DNA of 63,812 nucleotides, filler included, from Choristocarpus tenellus KU-1152 (taxonomy: Eukaryota; Protista; Phaeophyceae): assembly GCA_964200185.2 (NCBI GenBank). It is 12 parts of 12 records of this genome, joined end to end, with 100 filler letters (N's around TTAATTAATTAA, not from the genome) between each part and the next. Parts side by side here need not be neighbours in the genome. Positions count along the whole stretch, not along the records: positions 51,674 to 55,646 come from CAXNAD020016848.1; positions 55,747 to 58,535 come from CAXNAD020024739.1; positions 58,636 to 63,812 come from CAXNAD020011604.1; 9 more parts are not named here. One strand, written 5' to 3'. Of this stretch, positions 52,646 to 63,812 are shown in pieces. Numbering within the stretch: the stretch's first letter is position 1; each line of letters opens with the position of its first letter. The position numbers were made by a program, and so were the translations under genes. A model generated the notes under the pieces. The model was not told the origin of the DNA, did no database searches, and worked only from the letters and a program-made list of their open reading frames with translations.

Positions 52646-52999
52646 ATAACAATATGAAGATGTCAATGACTTTTCCAAGACTAGAGGAGGTGAGTACGTG
52701 CGCAACTAATGTTAGACACACACCCCTTTCCTTCTTCATCAAACATACATTAAAGGTTCTTAGTCTGAGGGGTCCAAGACCCAAACACTTGGGGCAGAAT
52801 ACCACCAGCATCATCACATGTGACCACATCCTTTTGAAAAGAGGAGAAAAAAATAGAAACAGCATCCACCAGGTCTATCCAACCCAAAACACACCCATTA
52901 TGTATTACACAGAGGAAAGAAAGATGAAAGAAAAATCGATCCAAGAAAAAGGGGAAAGACCATGAAAAAGAAAAACAGTATTCAGCGGGTAGTGGTAAA

Positions 53000-55330
53000 T
53001 TTGGACGTGCCTTGATCTGCTTGGTCTGCCTTAGGTGCTGCTTTAGCATGGCATGCGTCAGCTATCACAGCTTTCTTGGAATACTGATCATCATGAAGCT
53101 CACTCCTATCACTTGTGTTACTATGTCGCACTTGACCTCCATCCCTCAACTGTGACATTAAATTTCTTGAGGTCGTCTTTGATTCATTTCCACCGGTTCT
53201 TCTCCTGCCCACCTTAATCCCATTTTCCATCCCCAACCTCCCCAAACACAAGCACCTATGGAAGTCATTAATGTCCCATGCATGCCTCTAACCCTGTCAA
53301 CAGGAGTCCCGCTTCTGGAGCCAATGAAGGGTAGGAGGAAGTTGTGGTGGTGAGACCGGAGGTTGAAATAGTGGACCTGATGAAGTGTCCATGCCACACA
53401 ACCACAGAAGAGAATATCGAGAATTTCAGCCTTGAGTGTGCAATTTCGAACTCAAGTGATAAACCTGTGGTCCTGTATACAGCACTTGGCTATACTTGTG
53501 GAAGCACTCCCTGACCTTAGGAACCACTGACTCATCACTGGGGTTATATGAATATCAATCTGCTTGTAGGTCTCAACCAAATCCTGGATCTGCATAATGT
53601 CTGTGGTCTGGTTTGGAAGTTGAAGGCGCAAGGTCTCCGTCATGAAGTCCGACATGGATAACCCAAAATACCCGACCACCGTGACAATCACTCTCACTAA
53701 CTTCCTTGGGTCTTAGACACAAAGCCACATCTTCATCATACGTTATATGGCACATGAGCCACTCAATTGTTATCCCACTCCTCTTACCTGGTTGTTTGAT
53801 TTAGAAGCTCTCTTGATGACAAGAGGGTCCTTGGATATCGCTAGGTCAGAGGAGAATGCCTAAGGTGCTATGGCTAGTAGTGCAGTGAAGATGAAGAATA
53901 TGGGGGCAAGATCACACTCTAGATGGAGGCTTTGCAAGATCTTAAATTACTCTATACAGCATCCATTATATATGCACAGGCATTACCACATTCTATCATG
54001 GATTGATCGATGACTGAGATTTCCTTCTCAAGTACTTCAAGCTCGATAAATACAGTCCACAGAAGATGGTGTACAACAGAGCATGCATTGTGTAGGTAAA
54101 TGAAGCACCAACACAGAGGTACATGCCTTTCCAGGCTGAGCTCCTGAAGAGTGTACATTATATTCAGGGTGTAGTGTCGGGGACAGAAACCACACTGTTC
54201 CTCGCATAGAAAGCCTCCCATTGCAGATAACCACACTGTTGTCATGCAAGAATATCGAGAAGAACTACACTAACAAGTGCCACCAATGGGAGGCCCTGCA
54301 GTTACCACAATCTGTCATACCCTTGTGAAGCACTTTGATATTGCAACCTTCCAAGCCTCTAGCACATATTCCTGGTCCAAAACCTTCCTGGTTGCACACA
54401 GTCACCACCAGAACTTGCAGAACCTTTAGAGGATGATCTTGTCCTTGCTAACGCCAAGTTTAAGGATCTCAGCTGGAAGACCTTCTAGTGTGATCACCTT
54501 CCTGTTTACCATGATCTGGATTAATTGAGCCCCTTCCATCCGTGCTGATGAATCAGTAAGTGCTAACCACATGCATCATTGGCCAAGGAGCTCAGCACTA
54601 TTGGCGTTGAGGAAACGGCAATTTCATTAGAACATTAATTTGTCGCCCCATTGTTCCATCATGAGTTCTTGCTCTCACGGTATTGGAAGGTACTATATCT
54701 GTCTGCAGTACAACTTCTCCGGTGCATGTAGAAACCACCTTGATTCCCACTGTGAGCACAGCCTATCATCGTTATGGTGCCAGTGCCAGAGAACTCCTGC
54801 AAGACAAACTCCGACACCCATTTGAACTGTTTGCCAGCCACCTATATTACCTACTTGAAGATGGTGTATCTAGGGTCTGTGTGTTGTTGTTACTGTGTGT
54901 GTACCTGCTCTTCCCAGATATTCAAGGAGCTTGCTTGAGCTCGATCACTTGCAAACCTCCCTCCTGGCAATACCTTCTATATAAGATGAGGCAGTACTAC
55001 AAAAGTCACTTCTGACAAATGGACTGGATATGTATCTGCTAGGCTGTTGACATTTTCAGTTGCACTTGCATATTCTTACATCTCACTGATTCATTTGCTG
55101 ATGTGATTTTTGCCACAATATCACACGCCAATTCACTACTCAAGGGTTGAGTGTATATCAGATCTTGTTGGTTGAGAAAACACACCTTTTTCCACATAGG
55201 GTCTACCTTACCAATGGGAGCTTGATCAAGGGGACCGATATCGTTAAGATGCAGTGATCCATTCTGTTGGCAAGAGTGAGTGCACCCCTTATATTACGCA
55301 CAAGACAGCAGTGAACGTGGTGTGTTAGAA
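53000..55330 (-). mobile_element. Decayed RTE-clade LINE
   Basis: EEQCGFCPRHYTLNIM..LQEL..HVPLCWCFIYLHNACSVVHHLLWTVF..EISVIDQ is a degenerate form of RT EEQCGFRP..LQEL..PLY.CFIDL.KAYDSV.R..LW. Downstream AWTL..YFNLRSHHHNFLL. Many stops and frameshifts; boundaries approximate. Confidence 0.8.
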
Positions 55331-56284
55331 CGTAATCAAGACAAAGGCTCTCAATCTCCCTCAGGTTGTTATCTTGTGGCAATCATGTGGAGTTACACCA
55401 AAACATTTTCCAGCCATATTTTGCCCTTGGTCCTGTAACACTCAAAGGAAATATATGTCCGTGGGGGTTTCTCACCATCCCCCCCACAGCTCATCCATGC
55501 TGCCAATGCTATACAGTTCAAATAACGCATCCTTCTACATGTAGTCAGATTACGTTTTTAAGTATCTGGGGGGGGGGGGGGGGGGGGTGTGGTTTCTGTT
55601 CCTGTATGGTCTCTTTTTCTTTTCTGGTTGGTTGTTTGTTTTTGTTNNNNNNNNNNNNNNNNNNNNNNNNNNNNNNNNNNNNNNNNNNNNTTAATTAATT
55701 AANNNNNNNNNNNNNNNNNNNNNNNNNNNNNNNNNNNNNNNNNNNNTGGGGGGGGGGGGGGTGGGGGGGGGGGGGGTAAGGAGGGGTGTGTGGGGGGGGG
55801 GGGGGGGGGGGGGGAATAATCAATACCATGAACAATTGTCAACATATTACATGGAGGTTTATGGTATTGATTGTGGGGTTATGGTGTAGTATGTGTTGTT
55901 GTGATGTTTTTTGAGGTTTAGGGTTAGTGTTAGGGTTATGATGTGGACATATGTCATGTGATTTTTTTTATTTTTAATGGAGTGGTATTTTTGTCTTTTG
56001 TCTATGGAGTGATTTTAATATAGTGGATCTGATTTGGTTGGGAGAAATGTTTTATTTTTGTAACTGTAAGGTGTCACTTGACCACTATATACCCTTTGTT
56101 CTTTCTATGTTGACTTCTTTTATAATGATAATATATATGGAAATATTGTTGGTTCTGTTGGTTCAGTGGAACAGGAACACTATTGTTGTTGGTGTAAATA
56201 TTTATTATTATTATTGATATCTTGGGATGGCATTTCTCACTCTTTCCCCCCCTCCCCACCCACCCACCCGACTTTTTTTTTCAG

Positions 56285-58184
56285 GATTATTGTGGTTCTC
56301 TCTCTCTGTTTGATGGTCTGGGGGGTGGGCATCTCAGAGGTGCTGTCAATGATTGTGGGGTATAGTGCCATGCAGGCATTGAAGTGCTGCTGCTGTTTGG
56401 ACAGGTATTTGTTTATTTTGATTTATTTCTAATAGGGTATTCATTGTATTTGACATATGCCAATGGAGGGGAGGGGAAGTAGGTACAACTGATGTATTTT
56501 GTTTTTTATACTATTGTATTTTGTTATATATACTATCAAGTCACCTCCACGAGAGGTCATTTTTTCGCCGTACCCAATATTATGAACTCCCTGTGCTTTT
56601 TGATTTGTTACGAGTACGATAATATTATTTTTTATTTATTTGATCCTAACTTGTTAATCATTTTCCACGCTGAGCTAAACTCAGGATTATTATTATTATT
56701 TTTTTGTTTCTGTTTCTGTTTGAAAATAATAATAAAAGTGTTCATGAAGAGCAACATGTCTGCATTCGCAATCTTGAGGCATACGGAGGCGTATCATTGG
56801 TTCTTGGATTGAACAACCTCTTATCCATTGGTGGTCTCCTTGGACAGGTGTGTGTTGTGTGTTTTGTTGTGTTGTGTTTTCTTTGTCAAGATCGAGATTT
56901 GATTGTGATGATCAGATTAAATTTTGTGTTATTTTTATTTTAAGGGTTAGGGTTTTGTAAGGGTGTACCTTGTTTGGTCTCAGGTATGAAAGAGACTGAA
57001 AAGAGGAATTTGGTTGGAGTACTGGGTGGTGTGGGTTTAGGGTTAGGGTTTATTGCTTACTGTCATACATGTACTGGTCAGTACTTCTATATTAATAGAG
57101 AGTGATTTTTGCTTTGACCTGTTTTTGTATCACCCTTCATCCAAAATATTTCAGGTATACCTTTTTTTGTCCAATACCATGAAAACAAAAAAAAATGTCC
57201 TATGTTTTGGGTTAAAGGGATTACAAACTGATAATGCAACACATTTTGTTGTGTTTCTTGGTTGAGATTATTAACTTTTTACTTATTTTATTTTTATATT
57301 AACTTTTTTATTTTAGTTTATTTATGTTGTGGTTTTGGGGGGGGGCTTCTAAAAAGGGTTATTTTCTTGGACTCAAAAGTCACTTTTTATTTTTTATTTT
57401 CAGAGGGAGTTTTCTTCCCTACCAAAAGTAAGTTGTGATTTATTATTGATGAAAATGTTGTGAAATTTTTGTATATGTTACTAATATTCTGAATTGAATG
57501 TTTGGAAATAGTTGTTTTTCAGGACATGTTACAATATGTTGATACAATATTTTGATAGTAGGGCCATTGTTCCCGATTTTTTGACAGATGGACTACCTTG
57601 CACTGGATGGGGTTACCTTACACTCACAGAAGATGGGCTTGTTGGTGCTGGCTCTATCTCTAATGCTGCACATTGGAGGGTTGATCGTATGTATACAAAG
57701 TCTACTATTTTTCAGGGAAGGACAGGTGGGTGACAGTAGCAATTCCCATACCTTTTCTGACAAGGCAAAGAGTATATTATCAAATACTACCTTGTATATA
57801 TATATGGGAGGGAGGTGTGTTGACAGCTTTTTGTAATTATGCCTAGGTAATTAGTGAAAGTGTAAGGAGTGTTCCTGATATTTGTGGTAGCAAATGTTTA
57901 ATTGAAAGAGTTAGGGTTAGGGTTAGGGTCCACATAGCATTATCAGTAAGTTGATTATTTATGGTACTATCTTTAGTACCAAGAGTACAATGGTGAAAAA
58001 GACATCTATCAAGATATTATTATTACTATTACTATAACAAAGGTGGCGTGATTTAACTCTTTCTTAGGAACAGCCTTCAGAGCAGGTTGTTTTCAGTGAG
58101 GAATGTTCTTTCCTTTGTGAGAATTTGGTTGTGATGCTGAACAGTGTAGGTTCATTTACAAATTGCACAGAAGATGGATTTTAG
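56285..58184 (+). CDS. Unknown multi-pass membrane protein, 3' part (4 exons)
   Basis: Exons 56285-56404, 56739-56847, 57588-57725 and 58068-58184 (TAG) join in frame: IIVVLSLCLMVWGVGISEVLSMIVGYSAMQALKCCCCLDS..YGGVSLVLGLNNLLSIG..MGLLVLALSLMLHIGGLIVCIQSLLFF... GC-richer islands within T-rich introns. Confidence 0.55.
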
Positions 58185-58635
58185 TAACCTATTCTGTTCA
58201 TATCCTTTCAAGAAGGGTTTTTTATAGCGGTAAGTGTCTTGTTTTTGAAACATTCTGGTTTTGTTCTAGTGACTATCTACTCAGTTATGGAGGATTTTAT
58301 AGGTCTGTAGAGTAGCCCTAACCCTATGATTATGTGATACATACATACATACATGAGAGAGGGAGATTATGAACTTTTTCAAGTGCAGACAAGCCCCTTC
58401 AGTTATGTGCAATTTCCTTTTAGAATCCTCAACCATCTTTTTCTTACAGCATGTCGATAACCCCCCCCCCCCCCCCCACTAATCTACACCCCCCTTTTAC
58501 TGCTCTCCTGGCTGTTTTTTTCGTTTGTTTTTCTTNNNNNNNNNNNNNNNNNNNNNNNNNNNNNNNNNNNNNNNNNNNNTTAATTAATTAANNNNNNNNN
58601 NNNNNNNNNNNNNNNNNNNNNNNNNNNNNNNNNNN

Positions 58636-58794
58636 GGGGCTGTTTACACCAGGGTGTCCATTTGGTCCAAAACCAGGAAAAGTGCACTTACATTATCCAT
58701 CCAATGTATCCAACCAAATCACACAAATATTGTGACAAGGAAAAAATGACCCCAAAAGGACAGCCGCCATACACACCCCCAGATACTTTGAACC
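58636..58794. mobile_element. MITE family C copy, cut by contig start
   Basis: Colinear with 51120-51273; ends cccccagatactttgaacc. Confidence 0.8.
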
Positions 58795-59440
58795 ATTAGG
58801 GGTTCAGCTGTTTGCTACACTTGGTATATTGGAGAAATATCTGTGAGGTGGTCTAATTTGTGTGAGACTGCATTAATGTCTCTCCAGAGAAGGGTATTAG
58901 GCACTCAAGAGCTTTCATGCTAACGATCATATTCTATATTGCCTCGGGATAAAGTACAATGCTATCACAAGTCGACCCTTGTGAAATCATTTGTTGTACA
59001 AACACTTTACTTGCATACAAAATCATCCTTGTGAAATCAATAGTGGTTGTGTGGATACATTTCTGGCAACCTCAAATCTGAGAAATTCTGCAAGGATCTG
59101 TATATTGGGAACAACAACCAGAACATGACCCAAGCCAACACCAGAGAAAATCAGGTCAGATGGTAAGAACTAAAAAAATAGTTAGAAGGCAAATCAGATC
59201 AAAAACCCAACAGAAATGCTTATAGCACTTTTCGGTCTCATGGATACTGGTGAACAATGAGAAATAGCTTTGGATTGATACTTTCTTTTTCAGGTAGAGA
59301 TATAAAAAGGGATGGATAATGCTGCATTCTATAAAATTTAGCGATAAACAATCAAATAGAAGGGATGGGCATGTTCTGTTGCCCAATGCCTTTTAAAGGA
59401 AGCTTAGAGCGACATCACTTCTGGAATTGCAACCACTCAC

Positions 59441-62400
59441 CAAGGTGTCGCATGCCCTGCTCGCTGGTAGAGCACTCTGCTTCCATCCACTTTCGCTGGA
59501 AGCTCCTTAGAATATTCTTTAATGTCCGTGCGACCATTTCGGTCAAGATCACTTCCCGAAGGATGCTAAGAACAGGTGCCCGTTGAAGTTGACCCCGCCA
59601 CAGCATGTCCAGGGTGTCGATATATGCAATAGGAAATCAAGGGTCAGGTCAGAATGCCAGTGAACGTGAAATATCAGAAAAAAAGCCCATAGGCTGCATG
59701 TTCTTGCTTTCCCTCACCACATATTTGTACAATCAAAAGACTGCACAGAAAACTGCTCCGAGGATTACAAAATAACATATTGTGACTGAGACCATGGAAC
59801 ACAACAATAGCACTGATCCACGTTGCTGGGTAGGGGAAGGAGGGAGACCGATTTTGCAGCTACTAGTATTGTTTCAGTTGAAAGATACTGGTGTGTATGT
59901 GTTCAATAAAATGCAGAGTCGATTGTATTTGTCAAGCTCAACAAAAGACCAACGACTCAAACACCACTCTAGTCCGTCACATATGATACGGAGGTTGCAT
60001 CTATGCCAAGCTTGCAGGACAGGGGGAGCAGGGCTTACTGATTGCCTTTGCTGTTGTCCAGAAGAGAGCGCATGAAGCCTAAGTGTCGTACATTGACCCC
60101 ATACCTTGCAAGGGTTGACAGAAGTATATTGTAGGGTTTTCTTGATCAAAGCTTGGAGTTGTACATCATTTACTCAAAGGTAAGCCATGCGAGATAGTGA
60201 AAGAAATCGCTTCTAGAACGCAAATGGTGGAGGCAATACCAGTGTTTGTTACATCAAAATATAGATGCTGCAATTGACTGTTAGTTAAAGCGATCAAAGC
60301 AAACTTGCTACTGCTCCATTGCAAGAGATTCATTGATCATGTGAGAAAAGCCTCTGTACATCGCAAATCAACATTGCTGCAAGTATGTGCCCCTTTCCAT
60401 GATCGCCACTTGAAATATGTAAGAGTATCTCATGCGCGATTTTCTCACCTGGGCTTTCCTATTTCTACAATCTGCGAACCCACAACATACTACACATTGC
60501 CAAATTCTCTTTCGACCTTACTGATCATTATTCGACCATAGTGCCCTTGCAGGCACAACATAATCAACCACCCGGAGTGATGGTTGCCCAAGTACAATCG
60601 TATTGATTCTGCAAATAACGTGAAACCCCAATGAATAAACGGAAACACACAATAATACAAATACAGTTTATGACAAAACAGCGTTCTCCAACTTGTGTAG
60701 AGATTCTAACAGTAACTTCTACCTGTGAAGCTCTACTGCTAAGCATATGTTCTCCTGTATGGAGGAGGGAAGACGGCTCAAGTGCTCCACCAAGGTTGGT
60801 ATGACCTTTTCTACCAACACGCGTGTGGCATGATGAACCTGATGAGGATGTAGATTGGCACTTGTCAGTTTGACACAGAAAACGCTGCACTCTCATGGGT
60901 TGTTCCATGAAGATAGACACTGAGTTAGTAGTGAGGATATTGAGAAAGTTAGTTCCAAGATCTAAGTGCTAGCAATCACTCTGAAATGTATGTGTCGTGA
61001 TGGTTGTCCTCGGAGGTGAACTTTGACATGAGAAAGAGAGAGAGAGAGAGAGAGATAGAAACAAAATTGACCTCTGTTCAACTCACACCTGACTCTGCTA
61101 CATGTTACATACAGCATGGAAGAGAGAAATAGGAGTGATTTTCAAGATGGAAAGCAAAAGCATATTTCTCTGATAGAAAACTGGCAAACAAGAAAAGCAA
61201 AAATCAGCTCTACTAGACAACAGCTGAATCTGAAATGCTGGCATATTATGGATCTTTTTTGCATCACATCTATGAGTGGAAGTATGTTAGGGTTAGGGTA
61301 CGAGTTTTGCCCTGTTTGTCCGTTTGGGGCTTGGCTTCCCATGGGTTTTTATAACATTTTGCCTACTCTGAAATGTTTTGCAGAAGATAAAATGAGTACG
61401 TCATGAAAAGGTGTGTCTGGAACGAGGATATTGCACCTCCTAACAAACATGATAGCCAAAATTACGTCAAAATGGCAACATTGGATTTGACCCCCAAACG
61501 GACGCGGCTCTACCCTCTAATATACTTGGACTGTGAAGTACATAGCTATCAGGGAACTTCAAGGATCATTAACAAATGAGGGGCTAGACAAAGTGGGTCA
61601 GACTATGGCTATACTATGGCTTCCACATGCCTCTTAACCAGGTGCTTTGCATGATCCACATCACAATCAATGGCAACTTCAACTTAATGTATATTGGACT
61701 ACATCAAAGAGGTAAAAAATCACCACCTTAGTGTATAACTTGCCCAGTCACCGCACAACCTCTCCATCCTGACCTCATTGTTCCTGTCAGCGTAGTCCTT
61801 GTCAGTCTTTGAGAACCCGCTGAGAGCATCAGGAGACAAGGCAGTCACTCTTGCAGGTAGTGCCTTGAGTGATGATTTGATTTTTCTGACATTTTGCGTA
61901 TTGATGCGGCGGTTCTTGATGACTGATGTCCGTGCAAACAAGGCCCTCAGCTCTTCTGGTCCTCTAGAGCCCTCTGTCGACAAGCCCATCTGGAGAAAGA
62001 CGCGGAGGGAGGATCAACTACAACGGTTATTCATATTTTAACTTGCTAATTCCTTTCTAATCATGCTAGCATGCAGAATACAATAGCACAAGGCAAGCTA
62101 CACCTATCTTCCAGGGCCTGACTGCACAACTTTGTTACACATGCCATGGGGTACACTCAGATGTCAGCTGAAGGGATAGATGTATCAAAATGCCTGTAAG
62201 AGATGGGAAGTATTTATTATGTAAGGAGTGAGGGGACGGGATGGGGCCAAGTTAAGCATGAAATGGAAATCACGAAAACTTAGCAATATTCACTGTCCAT
62301 ACTGTATCATGATAATCAAGCCCCACGAATATCCACATCATATTCCAATTTGGGGATGAGATCAATAATAGATTTTATCACTAGTCTACCTTCACACCGC

Positions 62401-62984
62401 TCTCCCCATCACTGTTGCTTGGAGGGTAGAAGTGAAATGAGGACCGACTGGTTCCCTTCTCTAAGGACACCGCTGACAAAGCTCGTTCCACTTGACTGAG
62501 GGGGCCACTGAAGGTAAGGACCAATGGTTTCGTGCCTGCTGCTGCTGCCTCTAGTGTCACTACAGAAGATTTTCTTTTCGCTAAGCACCGGATCGGTAAA
62601 GAAACAAAATATCAGATAGAGTACAAATAGGTGGGAAAGGAAGGTTACTGCGATGGGTCAGTTTATCAGTGCTGCTGTCTAGGCCACATTATCAATTACA
62701 AATAAACGATGATCTTCTTGACAAATATCGTACCATGCACAAGCGTTTTCCCTACAGTACGTTTAGGTGTTGACTTGGAGATCCAAAAATGACTTTTCAG
62801 AAGCATGGAAACCCAGAAGGCTTCTCTCTATTCACCATATGCGACAATGAATCAAGTGTACAAACAGCCCGTGAGGTTTGGAAGGTGTACACCATATTAA
62901 AGGGTGATTGAACGAACTGCACAGTTGTTGCTCACCCAGGGGCATCGGCTGGGACATCATAGACCTCGGTGAGATGCTTTCGTC
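59441..62984 (-). CDS. CLU (clustered mitochondria)-domain-containing protein, internal exons
   Basis: Exons 62984-62936, 62580-62390, 61989-61774, 60838-60723, 60104-60039 and 59565-59441 join in frame: ..LSPDALSGFSKTDKDYADRNNEVHHATRVLVEKVIPTLVEHL..LAVELHRYGVNVRHLGFMRSLL..ILREVILTEMVARTLKNILR. Matches the CLU-central motifs H..G+N+R.LG and EM+AR..K.IL. Confidence 0.85.
61274..61533 (+). mobile_element. MITE family A copy in CLU intron; left TIR contains TTAGGG repeats
   Basis: GAGTGGAAGTATGTTAGGGTTAGGGTACGAG...TACCCTCTAATATACTTGGACTG. Confidence 0.9.
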
Positions 62985-63812
62985 CTGGAAAAAGAGGATC
63001 AATGCAAGAATGGTGAGTGGGGGGAGGACTGGGAATTTGGCGGGTAGGGACAAGGTGCGAGCATGTGACGAAGTGAGTTCAATTCTTGGACATAGGTATA
63101 GACGTTGATGCAGTAGCAGGTGAGGGTGTGCTTTTAGTATAAACCTTACATCACTCCACTGTTGTAGTCAGTCTGAGTGGTGTATAAATGTAGACTCTAT
63201 CTCACAGTTTTTCAATAGTGGCTGCTGCAGTTGACATGTGGTGATATTAGAAGATGTGAAAGGTGAATAGTTAGCAACACAAGAAGAGAGGGTCTTTTTC
63301 CATTTTTCATTTTATAACCAAGTTTTTCAATCCTTTAGAATGCACCCAAATTCCTACGGATAAGATCTTAAGTTTGAGCTGAGAGTGTTGATTTCTCTTT
63401 GTTTGAACCTTTTTGACATAACTCGGAAAAGGGCTGTTTCAATGGGGTGCTGCTATGGTTTCTAGAAATTCATTCCACCCTGAGTGATAGTAAGCAAGGG
63501 AAACATGATCATTAGAACATTGAGGCAAGACAAATATCTTAACTTATTGGAATGAAAAATGAACTCTTGCTTGTACTGGTCCACACTAGCCTCCTCATCT
63601 CGTCACACCCAAACCTACCCAAAACCCATTTGCACATAATTGACAAGACTACGAGACTTGCCTCGACTTAGCAAATATTTGCAACCACCACAAAATTCAC
63701 ACTTCAGGCTCAAAATATTCGGGGGGGGGGGGGGGGGGGGGGGGGGTGGGAAGTTGGTGCTGTGCTGGGTGCGGGGAAAGAAACGCAATCTTTCCTTACC
63801 CCACCGCCCACA

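Overview
Eukaryotic, intron-rich genomic DNA. By inference it is a stramenopile, most likely a brown alga, judging from gene structure, TE content and TTAGGG tracts. The window is not one locus: eleven 100-nt spacers (44 N + TTAATTAATTAA + 44 N) join 12 contigs, so adjacency across spacers is not evidence of synteny. Host gene fragments rebuilt by hand from phase-compatible exons: RPA1 (5' half), AMMECR1-family (3' end), sideroflexin (3' half), mTERF-family (3' end), a CLU-domain protein, and three unknown genes (a divergent pair and a membrane protein). The rest is dominated by transposable elements: an intron-containing Sola/DUF7869-like DDD transposase with no stop in the six exons found; 11 copies of a ~260-bp MITE, three with perfect 4-bp TSDs; related MITE families sharing the terminal core AAAGTATCT; mariner elements with Stowaway-like TIRs and DD40D spacing; and decayed Harbinger, Gypsy and LINE fragments. 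No rRNA, tRNA or CRISPR array was recognised. Protein family calls come from motif recognition by eye, not database searches.
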